The notes under the pieces were generated by a model. The model did not search any database. It had not been told where the DNA came from and saw only the letters and a program-made list of their open reading frames with translations. Positions 36,459-45,012 of a stretch of 64,000 nucleotides of DNA are shown piece by piece. Numbering within the stretch: the first letter of the stretch is position 1; each line of letters begins with the position of its first letter. A program made the translations under genes and the position numbers. This stretch comes from Cyanobacteria bacterium HKST-UBA04 (GTDB taxonomy: Bacteria; Cyanobacteriota; Vampirovibrionia; Vampirovibrionales; JAGQHJ01), in contig JAGQHJ010000004.1 in assembly GCA_020431915.1 (NCBI GenBank), positions 18,393 to 82,392 of the forward strand. The letters are read 5' to 3'.

Positions 36459-38561
36459 GTGCGGTTTTTGCTGGCAGGGTGGTTTGTGATTCTGGCATTC
36501 GGCTGGGGGATGGCCTGTTGCCATACCCTGACCCGAAGCCTGGATCAAAAACAGGCCTTGTCGCTTCACTGGCGCTGGGTACTGCCGGTCAGCTGGTTTT
36601 TTGGTGCCCTGATTCTCAGCTGGCTCGGCTACGGGGGATGCCTGATGGCCCAAATCCTCTGGCCATCCACCACTGCCATGACCAACGCTATGACCACCCC
36701 CATGACCAACGGCCTAACCATGGCCTGGGGGGGCAGTACCGTACTGCTAACAGCCTATGCCGCCGTTAACCGCACCCGGTTGGGCCCATGGCTGCGGCAG
36801 GTTTTTTCAACCGGCACCCGGCTCGAAGCCGGCCTAGCCGTGGGGCTACTGGCAATCGCCTCGGTGTGCATGCACCTGAGCTGTTTCCAATCCGGCCATA
36901 CCCTTTACGTCAGTCACGCCGTATACAGCGATTTTGGCCTTCACCTGCCCATGGTGCGATCGGTCTCGGTGGCCGCCAACATCCCCACCCAGTTGGTCCA
37001 TGCCGCTGGCACCCCCATTGGCGTGCATTTTTTGTTTGATGCGCTGTGCGGCTTCCTCGAGCGTTTGGGACTGCCCTTGGCCGTTGCCGTGGCCCTGCCC
37101 TCCAGCCTTAGCCTGGCCGGGGCCGGACTGCTGCTGTTTCATTTGACGTCATGCTGGTTTGGCAGCCGGACGGTAGGAGCGGTGTCGTTGCTGCTGGCCT
37201 GCTGGCGCAGTTCGGGCAGCCTGTGGGCGTGCCTGTTTGAAAGCGGCTGGCAAAACGTGGATCGGCAGTGGGCCGGATTAATGGGCAGCAGCACGTTTTT
37301 GGGACGAACCCCCCTGGAGGACTGGGGGCTGTGGACGGCCCATGTGTGGCTAAACCAGCGACACCTGGTGTTTGGGTTTGGCCTGTTGTGCGGGGTGCTG
37401 TGGGTAGCCTGGCGGGTTTGGGCAAACGGCTGCCTAACCCAACCAACAACCACCCAACAGACGGCCACCCGCCGAATGGATTGGAAATGCCTGACCCGTA
37501 TGGGATTCTTGGGCACGCTGGTGGGACTGGGCGGTTATGTCAACGGCGCCACCACCCTGGCGACCATCGGCATGGTGGGGCTGGTCGGGCTGGTGGAACT
37601 GGTCACCCAGGTTATCCAGGTTACCCGGTGGCAGCGCCCAAGCGCCAAGCGCCAAACGCTTTTGCCAGCGCTTTTTTTAATACTGGTCGTCAGTGCTTGC
37701 ATGGTGCTGGGCATCAGCAAACTGGTCGTCAGCGGCCTGCCCATGCCCGCTGGCTTTTCGCCCCACCTCCACCTGGGCTTCCTGGCTCAAAACACCACGT
37801 CTTTGGGTATTACGCCTTGGGCCTTGGCCCGTTATGCGTGGCTGGCTTTTGGCCCGTTGCCCCTGGCTGCCGTGGTTGGCTGGTGGTGCCACAAACGACA
37901 GAACCCCACCACCCCCCTGACCCCATGGTTCTGGGCTGCGGCCATGCCCGCTCTCGTGGCCTTTGTGGTGCAGCTTAACCCCCAGGTAGCCAGCAACCAC
38001 AAGCTGGTAACCCTCAGCATCCTGCTGCTCAACGGGTGGGCGGCCTGGCTGGTAGTATACCTGTGCCGACAACCGGCATGGCCGAGGCAGGTGGCTGGCC
38101 TACTGCTGGCCATCGCCCTAACAATAACCGGCTGGTTCGACACGGCCGTGCTGTGGCGACAACTAACGCGGCACGTGGCCATTGATTTGCACGATCCGGC
38201 CTTGTGCTGGGCCATGGCCCACACACCGGCCAAAAGCCGCTGGCTGGCCCCCTATGGTGTCCTGCATCCGCTTCATCTAAGCGGCCGCCCGTTGTACCTG
38301 GGCTACCCGTATTTCGTCGAATCAGCCGGCCTGGACTGGCAAAGCCGGTATCAGTGGCTGGCCCAACTCAGCCAGGACACCCGGTCTTTTTCCGACCGGT
38401 GGGCCCTGCTTGAATCGGCCGGGATAGACTTTATACTGTTGGAAGGCGCCACACGAAACCGTCCCTGGGCAAAGGCGCTGCGAGAGCACCTGCCCGAAGC
38501 CTGGCGCCATGGCGACCAGATTATCCTGACCACCCAACAAAAGCCTCCCTCTGCCTTATGA
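36459..38561 (+). CDS. large polytopic membrane protein, putative GT-C type glycosyltransferase (ArnT/PMT-like)
   Basis: 700 aa with more than 12 hydrophobic segments and a C-terminal soluble domain. Its stop overlaps the start of a GT2 polyprenyl-phosphate glycosyltransferase (ATGA). The family call comes from architecture and context only. Confidence 0.45.
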   Translation: MRFLLAGWFVILAFGWGMACCHTLTRSLDQKQALSLHWRWVLPVSWFFGALILSWLGYGGCLMAQILWPSTTAMTNAMTTPMTNGLTMAWGGSTVLLTAYAAVNRTRLGPWLRQVFSTGTRLEAGLAVGLLAIASVCMHLSCFQSGHTLYVSHAVYSDFGLHLPMVRSVSVAANIPTQLVHAAGTPIGVHFLFDALCGFLERLGLPLAVAVALPSSLSLAGAGLLLFHLTSCWFGSRTVGAVSLLLACWRSSGSLWACLFESGWQNVDRQWAGLMGSSTFLGRTPLEDWGLWTAHVWLNQRHLVFGFGLLCGVLWVAWRVWANGCLTQPTTTQQTATRRMDWKCLTRMGFLGTLVGLGGYVNGATTLATIGMVGLVGLVELVTQVIQVTRWQRPSAKRQTLLPALFLILVVSACMVLGISKLVVSGLPMPAGFSPHLHLGFLAQNTTSLGITPWALARYAWLAFGPLPLAAVVGWWCHKRQNPTTPLTPWFWAAAMPALVAFVVQLNPQVASNHKLVTLSILLLNGWAAWLVVYLCRQPAWPRQVAGLLLAIALTITGWFDTAVLWRQLTRHVAIDLHDPALCWAMAHTPAKSRWLAPYGVLHPLHLSGRPLYLGYPYFVESAGLDWQSRYQWLAQLSQDTRSFSDRWALLESAGIDFILLEGATRNRPWAKALREHLPEAWRHGDQIILTTQQKPPSAL

Positions 38562-39283
38562 CCCCAGACACCTGCAGCATCATCATACCCGCCTATAATG
38601 AAAGCCGCCGTCTACCCGGCACCTTGCGCCAGCTAGCCGCCACCATGGATAACCAGCCGGGACTGGAGCTGGTACTGGTGGACGACGGCAGTCGCGACAA
38701 TACCTTTGCCCTGATGCATGCCTTCAAGGCCCAGCATCCGCACCTGGCCATACACATCGACACCTTGCCCCGGCGCCGGGGCAAGGGAGCCGCCCTTAAG
38801 CATGGGTTACTGCTGGCCAGTCGGCCCAACAGTCTGCTCTATGACGCTGATGGGGCCGTGCCCATCGATCAGTTGGCCCCGTTTCTGGCAGCCCAGCGTA
38901 CCCACGGGGCCGATTTGGTGATTGCCACCCGACCGGTTTGCACCGGTTGGCAAGGGCTTAGCCCCAGAGCACTGCTCCGGCAAGGGTTTCATGGGCTGAC
39001 CCGGCTGGGGTTGCCCGACATTGCCGACACCCAATGCGGGTTCAAGCTGCTGCGACGCGACCGGCTGCTACCCCTGCTTGAGGTGATTGACACCGACGGC
39101 TTCTGTTTTGACGTGGCCATGCTCGTGGCCGCCCGGCACAACGGCCTGACGATTTTGCAGCACCCCGTACAATGGTGCCACCAACCCGGCTCGTCGGTAC
39201 GGCTTTGGCGCGACCCATGGCTAATGGGGGCCGAGCTGGCCCGTATCTACTGGCAAGCTGCTGCAGGCCACTACCGGCGCTAG
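38558..39283 (+). CDS. family 2 glycosyltransferase (polyprenyl-phosphate hexosyltransferase-like)
   Basis: The IIIPAYNESRRL, LVLVDDGSRDNT, YDADGAVP and DTQCGFKLLRRD motifs. Confidence 0.82.
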   Translation: MTPDTCSIIIPAYNESRRLPGTLRQLAATMDNQPGLELVLVDDGSRDNTFALMHAFKAQHPHLAIHIDTLPRRRGKGAALKHGLLLASRPNSLLYDADGAVPIDQLAPFLAAQRTHGADLVIATRPVCTGWQGLSPRALLRQGFHGLTRLGLPDIADTQCGFKLLRRDRLLPLLEVIDTDGFCFDVAMLVAARHNGLTILQHPVQWCHQPGSSVRLWRDPWLMGAELARIYWQAAAGHYRR

Positions 39284-39337
39284 GGCAGCAAACGCGTTTT
39301 TTTCTCTCTACCGAAACGCGCCGCGCTTACACCAAGC

Positions 39338-40069
39338 TTACACCGACAAGGCGTCGGAGGAGCTGCTGCTGGCAGCGGCTTCGCTGAGCATATCGGGCGG
39401 CAGGGTGCTGGTACGCTTGATACCAAAGCCTGTCTTGCGCTTTTTGTCTTGCTTGAGGCCCTTGGATGGCGGGGCCTGCAACGGCGCTTCGCCACTGCGA
39501 ATGGTGCTGGCCGGATTCTGGTTCTGCATCATGGCCGCACGGATTTGCTTTAACTGCTTTTGGGCATTCTGGCCCAGATTCTGGAACTCGCCTAACTGGC
39601 CCAGCACGGTTTTAAACACCAGCTCGGCATATTGGTCGGCATTTTCCCGAATGGCACGCGCCTCGTTGTTGGCTTCCAGGCGCAAGGCATCCGTTTCTTC
39701 AATGGTTTTGTTGCGCGCAGCGCCCAACTCGGCCATTACCTGCTGCCGAACCCGTTCGGCTTCCATGTGCACGGCCTTCATCAATTCGCTTTCGCTCAAC
39801 ATCAAGTCGGCCTGGCGTTTGGCTTCCATTAAAATCTGCTGGGCTTCGCGCTGGGCGTCCTGCACAATTTCGTCACGACGATCAAGAACCTGGTCGGCTT
39901 CCTGTACGGCTTCGGGCACCGATGCCTGGATTTTATCCAGCAACAGGATCAGCTTCTCCTGATTAATCAGCGAGTAGGGCATCAGGGGAATGGGGATACC
40001 GTCCATCACAACGCTTTCAAGACGGTCGAGCAGTTTAAACAGGGTATTAATGGCTAAGGCTCCCTTCAA
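39338..40069 (-). CDS. conserved coiled-coil protein of unknown function (often annotated as ATPase or V-ATPase subunit H-like)
   Basis: The pattern LLDRLESVV...IPIPL...LINQEKLILLLDKIQASVPEAVQEADQVL is followed by a long E/R/A/Q-rich helix. As I remember it, this matches a family widespread in Firmicutes and Cyanobacteria. Confidence 0.5.
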   Translation of the reverse strand: MKGALAINTLFKLLDRLESVVMDGIPIPLMPYSLINQEKLILLLDKIQASVPEAVQEADQVLDRRDEIVQDAQREAQQILMEAKRQADLMLSESELMKAVHMEAERVRQQVMAELGAARNKTIEETDALRLEANNEARAIRENADQYAELVFKTVLGQLGEFQNLGQNAQKQLKQIRAAMMQNQNPASTIRSGEAPLQAPPSKGLKQDKKRKTGFGIKRTSTLPPDMLSEAAASSSSSDALSV

Positions 40070-40087
40070 TTGTTGCCTTTAAACTCA

Positions 40088-40573
40088 TCAGTGTGCCGTT
40101 ACAGCCGCGAGGGCTTCTTGCACGCATGCCGGAACAAGGTTGTCCACGTTTCCGCCGAGCCGGATAACTTCCTTGACCATGGACGAAGATAGAAAAGTGT
40201 AGTCCAAACTGGCCATCACGTAAACGGTCTCTATTTCCGGGTAAAGGGTTTTGTTCATCTGGGACATCTGGAATTCATATTCAAAATCAGAAATAGCCCG
40301 CAATCCACGCACAATGGTTTTGGCGTTTTTTTGTTTCGCAAAGTTAACAGTCAAGCCGTCAAAGGCATCCACTTGGACGTTGGGCAGCCCCTTGACCGAG
40401 GCTTCTATCAGCCGCAGGCGCGTGGCCACATCAAAGAGCGGGTCTTTCTGGGTATCTTTTGCTACCGATATAATAACACAATCAAAGATTTGGCAAGCCC
40501 GCTCGACGACATCGAGGTGGCCCAGGGTAAACGGATCAAAACTACCGGGATAGATTGCAGTATGGTGGGCCAC
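40088..40573 (-). CDS. coaD: phosphopantetheine adenylyltransferase
   Basis: The AIYPGSFDPFTLGHLDVV (H/TxGH) and ISDFEYEFQMSQMN motifs, at 161 aa. Confidence 0.93.
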   Translation of the reverse strand: MAHHTAIYPGSFDPFTLGHLDVVERACQIFDCVIISVAKDTQKDPLFDVATRLRLIEASVKGLPNVQVDAFDGLTVNFAKQKNAKTIVRGLRAISDFEYEFQMSQMNKTLYPEIETVYVMASLDYTFLSSSMVKEVIRLGGNVDNLVPACVQEALAAVTAH

Positions 40574-40770
40574 ATCGGGCTCCTTTCAACGGACGCTTAA
40601 ACCAGGCGGCGACTGGGCAATAACCGCCACCAAGCACGCTACTAAGCCCAGTTTACCAGTGCGCCTGCCCATAACAAAGTCCGCCCCCCGCCAGGGCACC
40701 CGGTTCCGTAGCATTTTGTTACACGGTCCACGATGCCCTTAAGTCAGGCATCGAGCCTGTGCCAACGTGG

Positions 40771-40799
40771 TTGACATTGACGGGCCTTGCCGCTACAGT
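40771..40799 (+). promoter_or_regulatory. candidate sigma70 promoter of the rpmG-secE-nusG-rplKA cluster
   Basis: TTGACA (40771-76), a 17-nt spacer, then TACAGT (40794-99). A leader of about 115 nt with the hairpin CTGAAGG-gggcc-CCTTCAG follows. Confidence 0.5.
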
Positions 40800-40922
40800 G
40801 GACGTCTGCTGAAGGGGGCCTCCTTCAGTGTGTCCAAGTTTCTGGATAGGCCCAGCCCCGTCAAACGGACCGCTGAGCCTGTGGTAGCAAGGCTTAACCC
40901 CCTTACGAGACCGGTTACTGTT

Positions 40923-41096
40923 ATGGTACGTTCGCAAAAAAGCGCTTCCGACAACAAGATTCGACTGGCTTGCGAAGTTTGCCAAACCGGTAACTACTCA
41001 ACCACCAAGTCTGCGGCCATCACCGCCTCGCGGCTGGTTCGCAAGAAGTATTGCCCCCACTGCAACCAACATACTCTTCACCGGCAAACCCTGTAA
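40923..41096 (+). CDS. rpmG: 50S ribosomal protein L33
   Basis: MVRSQKSASDNKIRLACEVCQTGNYSTTKS...KKYCPHCNQHTLHRQ, with the Cys4 L33 signature. It uses an internal ATG of track ORF 40767..41096. Confidence 0.9.
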   Translation: MVRSQKSASDNKIRLACEVCQTGNYSTTKSAAITASRLVRKKYCPHCNQHTLHRQTL

Positions 41097-41154
41097 GTAG
41101 GCCGGTTCCCAAAAACCCTACCCCACTACACGTTAATCCCCCCCCTCTCTCTCT

Positions 41155-41227
41155 GCGTCCTTAGTTCAGTTGGTAGAACGTCGGTCTCCAAAACCGAATG
41201 TCGGGGGTTCGAGTCCTCCAGGGCGCG
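41155..41227 (+). tRNA. trnW: tRNA-Trp (anticodon CCA)
   Basis: Folded by hand. Acceptor GCGTCCT/AGGGCGC, D-arm GTTC-AGTTGGTA-GAAC, anticodon stem TCGGT/ACCGA with loop CTCCAAA, T-arm GGGGG-TTCGAGT-CCTCC. It sits in the canonical position between rpmG and secE. Confidence 0.93.
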
Positions 41228-41291
41228 CGCTTTTTGTTTTCTGCCACGGTTCCAGTTAAAATTGGACTCACCATTAGGATAATTCCCCCTG

Positions 41292-41603
41292 ATGCCAAAA
41301 TCCAAGGCCAGACGACCTTCCTCCCAAATCACCCCCGGTAACACGAAGAAGCCTATGAAGTCCGGTGCATCCACCAAACCCAATTCCCCAACCAAGGCCC
41401 AGGCTGCTTCGTCGGTTGACGAAAAGTTTGACCTGAACGGGTACTTAAAGGGCCTTAAACAGGAATGGGACCGGATTGCCTGGCCCGGCCGCCAGCAGGT
41501 GTTTAGCGAAACCCTCGTTGTTATCGCGGTCGTCACGTTTTTTACCGTCTTTATCTTTGTGGTAGATAAGATTTTCCAGATTATCGTCTCGATCATTAGT
41601 TAA
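41292..41603 (+). CDS. secE: preprotein translocase subunit SecE
   Basis: C-terminal YLKGLKQEWDRIAWPGRQQVFSETLVVIAVVTFFTVFIFVVD (SecE TM plus hinge). There is a basic, disordered N-terminal extension of about 45 aa. Confidence 0.85.
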   Translation: MPKSKARRPSSQITPGNTKKPMKSGASTKPNSPTKAQAASSVDEKFDLNGYLKGLKQEWDRIAWPGRQQVFSETLVVIAVVTFFTVFIFVVDKIFQIIVSIIS

Positions 41604-41632
41604 CCCTTTAGTTTTTAGGATGACCTGTTGTC

Positions 41633-42520
41633 ATGACGGACGCCACCCCCCAGGATCAACAACACAACCTAGCCACCGGCGACACCCAGACCGACGTACT
41701 TACTGACGTGCTTACCGACGTACTGGAGCCTCAAGAAACGCAAGCCCCGCAAGCCGAAGTGGCCGTAGAAACCCTGCCGCCGGAACAGCCCGTCGAAGCC
41801 GTCGATCAACAGGAAGAAACCTTCCCGCAAGATTCGGACGACCCGGAGGAAGACGGCGACTTGCCTGTTGGCCACGAAGCCTCGCCCCCAGCCGTTGGCA
41901 CGGACGACGACCTGTTGGCCACCCACCTCGAAAACCTCGACACAACCGGTGTACGGGGTGCCGACCCGCCACCGACCACCACCAAGGTCAAGGCCAAGCG
42001 TAAGCGCTGGTATATCATCCACACCTACTCCGGCCACGAAAACAAGGTGAAGGTGAACCTGGAACGCCGCATCGAATCGATGAACATGCAGGACAAGATT
42101 TTCCGCGTCGAGGTGCCGCAAAAAAGCGTGACGAAAATGAAAGACGGCAAGCGCGTGGAACGTGACGAGAACCTCTTCCCCGGCTACGTGCTTGTAGAAA
42201 TGCTGATGGACGACGACTCCTGGTACGTGGTTCGCCACACTCCCGGTGTCACCAAATTCGTCGGGGCCGAGAAAAAACCCATTCCGGCCAAGGATTCCGA
42301 AATTCGCCGTATCCTGATGCGCAGTGCCCCGGTCGAAAGCAAGGTCCAGATCGACCTGAAGAATGGCGACAACGTCAAAATCATCAGCGGGCCGTTTGCC
42401 GACTTCGAAGGCACCGTCACGGAAGTCAACGCCGAGAAAGAAAAACTCAAGGCCACCGTTTCCATCTTTGGCCGCGAAACGCCGGTCGAACTGGCCTTCA
42501 ACCAAGTGGTCAAAGTTTAA
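41633..42520 (+). CDS. nusG: transcription termination/antitermination factor NusG with a long acidic N-terminal extension
   Basis: NGN domain RWYIIHTYSGHENKVKVNLERRI and KOW GDNVKIISGPFADFEGTV. It is preceded by about 115 aa of D/E/T/Q-rich sequence that includes DVLTDVLTDVL. Confidence 0.9.
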   Translation: MTDATPQDQQHNLATGDTQTDVLTDVLTDVLEPQETQAPQAEVAVETLPPEQPVEAVDQQEETFPQDSDDPEEDGDLPVGHEASPPAVGTDDDLLATHLENLDTTGVRGADPPPTTTKVKAKRKRWYIIHTYSGHENKVKVNLERRIESMNMQDKIFRVEVPQKSVTKMKDGKRVERDENLFPGYVLVEMLMDDDSWYVVRHTPGVTKFVGAEKKPIPAKDSEIRRILMRSAPVESKVQIDLKNGDNVKIISGPFADFEGTVTEVNAEKEKLKATVSIFGRETPVELAFNQVVKV

Positions 42521-42582
42521 CCTTGCGGTTTGCTTAAGGTATAGTCTTTTACACCCTTTAATTCAGTGGAGAATTCAGTCCC

Positions 42583-43011
42583 GTGGCTAAGAAAGTAATT
42601 GGTCTCATCAAACTCCAGCTCGAAGCTGGTAAAGCCAACCCAGCGCCGCCTGTTGGCCCGGCTTTGGGTCAGCATGGCGTCAACATCATGGACTTCTGCA
42701 AGGCGTACAACGCCGATACGGCCGATAGAGCCGGGATGATCATCCCGGTTGAGATCACCGTCTACGAAGATCGCTCCTTCACCTACGTTACAAAAACCCC
42801 GCCCGTCTCCTTCCTGATTAAGAAGGCGGCCGGTATCCCGAAAGGCGCAGCCAATTCGGTTGCCCAAACCGTAGGAACCCTCACCCAAGCCCAGATTCGC
42901 GAGATTGCAGAAACCAAAATGGTCGATCTCAATGCCCACACCGTCGAGGCTGCTGCCGAGATGGTCAAAGGCGCATGCCGGAGCATGGGCGTGAAGGTCG
43001 AAGCCTCCTAG
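42583..43011 (+). CDS. rplK: 50S ribosomal protein L11
   Basis: [34 protein letters not shown] is the classic L11 N-terminus. Confidence 0.95.
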   Translation: MAKKVIGLIKLQLEAGKANPAPPVGPALGQHGVNIMDFCKAYNADTADRAGMIIPVEITVYEDRSFTYVTKTPPVSFLIKKAAGIPKGAANSVAQTVGTLTQAQIREIAETKMVDLNAHTVEAAAEMVKGACRSMGVKVEAS

Positions 43012-43116
43012 GCAGAAGCTTTTTCTACAAAATTCAATTTCTATTTTCCCGTGTCCCCGTGGGAGGCTTGCTTGAGGCCAGCCGCTTGCACCACTACCAT
43101 AAGGAAGCACCCCGTC

Positions 43117-43881
43117 ATGGCTACCGAAGCCCCCGAGAAAAAAACCGGCAAGAAACTGACCCGTCGCCAACAGAAGGCCCAGGAGGTTCTTTCCGCTTAC
43201 CAACTGCCCGTGTCTGCCCCCAACGCCGTTAAGGCCTTGAAGGCCGTGCTGGACCAGACCGCCAAGTTCAACGAAACCATCGAAGTGCATATGAAGCTGG
43301 GTATCGACACCAAGCAGGCCGACCAGCAGGTTCGCAGCACCGTGGTACTGCCCGAAGGCACCGGTAAAACCATTCGCGTTTGCGTCGTGGCCAAGGGTGA
43401 AAAAATCAAGGAAGCCGAACAGGCCGGGGCCGACTTTGTCGGGGCCGAAGACATCATCGAGAAAATCGAGAAAGAAAACTGGATGGACTTCGATGTGTTG
43501 ATTGCCACGCCCGATGCCATGGCCATGGTCGGTAAGCTGGGCCGGGTCTTGGGGCCGCGCAACCTGATGCCCAACCCGAAAACCGGCACCGTAACCTTCG
43601 ACGTGGAAGCCGCCGTCAAGGCCAGCAAGGCTGGTAAGGTGGAATACCGGGCCGACAAGCAAAGCAACGTGCACGTGGGTATCGGCAAAAAAGAGTTCAG
43701 CGAGCAGCAAATCCTGAAAAACTTTGCCGCCCTGACCGATGCCGTGTTCCGCAGCAAGCCCTCGTCGGCTAAAGGCACCTATATGAAAAGCTGCACCATC
43801 ACCAGCACGATGGGCCCCGCCATTGCCGTCGACACGAACAAGCTGCACACCGAATGCAAGGACATCCTAGCCGCCGGCTAG
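43117..43881 (+). CDS. rplA: 50S ribosomal protein L1
   Basis: [32 protein letters not shown] and [25 protein letters not shown] at 43117 with AAGGAAG upstream. The track ORF starts at 43051. Confidence 0.93.
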   Translation: MATEAPEKKTGKKLTRRQQKAQEVLSAYQLPVSAPNAVKALKAVLDQTAKFNETIEVHMKLGIDTKQADQQVRSTVVLPEGTGKTIRVCVVAKGEKIKEAEQAGADFVGAEDIIEKIEKENWMDFDVLIATPDAMAMVGKLGRVLGPRNLMPNPKTGTVTFDVEAAVKASKAGKVEYRADKQSNVHVGIGKKEFSEQQILKNFAALTDAVFRSKPSSAKGTYMKSCTITSTMGPAIAVDTNKLHTECKDILAAG

Positions 43882-44826
43882 AGCCGCCCCGTTCTGTGAC
43901 CCCTCGGCACTAGAGACGCCCTCGGCCACTGGCAAGGGCGCTTCAGTAAATGCCTTGGCCTGCTCTTGCAACCGGCAGATTAACGTGTTGGGCACGTACC
44001 GGGCCAGCAGGCTATCGAGCGCCGGGCCGTCAAGCACCAACTGCTTCGTCAGCGCGTCGGTGAGGGCCTGCCACGACCGGGCCGGAATGCGGGCCAGCAG
44101 CTCATCGGCCATGGCCATGGCCTGTTTCACGTAGGGGTATTGCATGGTGTCGTTGTATTGCGCCACCAGGGCCTCGCGTTGTTCAGCCAAGGGCTCGACC
44201 AAACACCGGCCTTTAAGCTCCAGCAACTGCCACGCATCAATCAGGTCCAAATCCAGCCCCGCCAGGCCCGGCAACGCCCCGTTGTCTCGCACCGTCTGCA
44301 ACAAATCACGCACCTTACTAATATCCGAGTGGTAATGCCAAGCCTGGTGCTGATCCAGACGCCATTGATCCGTGGGTACCTGCGGTTGCTCGGCCCGAAG
44401 TTCGGCAACCATCCCCCCCACGTGCCGTAACAACCCTTTTCGGGCCAACACCGGATCCTGCCCGACATGCGCCTCGTTTTGAATCTCTGCCCAGCAGGTC
44501 GGCCAAATACGGACTTCCTGGATAGCATGCCCGTTAATCCGGGCCATCAGGACATGACCGAGCTCATGCCGGGCATCGGACCGCCGCGATTGATCATACG
44601 AAGGGCTCAGGGTTCGACCGGTCGCCTGTAGGCATTGATGAACCCTAGTGATGATCCAATCCCGTTTGGGAGACCGCGACGCGGGTTTGGGACAGGGCGT
44701 TGCGCCAAATACCACGGCCGCCGGTATCCGACGCGTGCCTACAGCCGATTGGGCATGCTTCTGCATCCCTATCCGGCCGCCGGGTTGTTTCACCCGCATC
44801 CTGTCAAACGCCACCGGGGCAATCAT
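43867..44826 (-). CDS. hypothetical zinc metallopeptidase-like protein (stand-alone FtsH/M41-like protease domain)
   Basis: The pattern [11 protein letters not shown] (HExxH) followed downstream by GGMVAE parallels the FtsH HEAGHA...GGRAAE pattern. No ATPase domain and no TM segment. Convergent with rplA and overlapping it by 15 nt. Confidence 0.5.
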   Translation of the reverse strand: MIAPVAFDRMRVKQPGGRIGMQKHAQSAVGTRRIPAAVVFGATPCPKPASRSPKRDWIITRVHQCLQATGRTLSPSYDQSRRSDARHELGHVLMARINGHAIQEVRIWPTCWAEIQNEAHVGQDPVLARKGLLRHVGGMVAELRAEQPQVPTDQWRLDQHQAWHYHSDISKVRDLLQTVRDNGALPGLAGLDLDLIDAWQLLELKGRCLVEPLAEQREALVAQYNDTMQYPYVKQAMAMADELLARIPARSWQALTDALTKQLVLDGPALDSLLARYVPNTLICRLQEQAKAFTEAPLPVAEGVSSAEGSQNGAALAGG

Positions 44827-45012
44827 GGTTATTCGTTCCTAATAATAGTGGGGCACCCTAATTCCGCTACGATTGTCTCACAAAAACCCGCCGTCGCCGA
44901 CACCAAACCGGCGCAACGCACCCCATTGAGCCACCGCAGCGTCCTTGCTATGCTGGGTTTTATTGTGTAGGTGACGTGTGTAGATACCCTGTCTTGATAA
45001 GGTGCTTCCCCA

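Noticed and set aside
40574-40770. Possible SRP (4.5S) RNA, because of GTTTACCAG-like sequence in the 349-bp coaD-rpmG gap
   Set aside because: The conserved SRP domain IV sequence (GGAAG tetraloop context, AGCAGCC symmetric loop) is absent. The similarity is limited to about 9 nt.
42517-43848. Long antisense ORFs opposite strongly supported genes. Examples: 42517..43848 (443 aa) opposite rplK/rplA, 33466..34398 opposite ftsH, 29357..30982 opposite nadB, 45349..46434 opposite gatA, 19665..20288 opposite the peroxiredoxin, and 41669..42505 opposite nusG.
   Set aside because: Each fully overlaps a gene with unmistakable family motifs on the other strand. Their translations are low-complexity (G/R/A/V/H-rich) with no motifs. 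This is typical of stop-poor reverse frames in GC-rich DNA.
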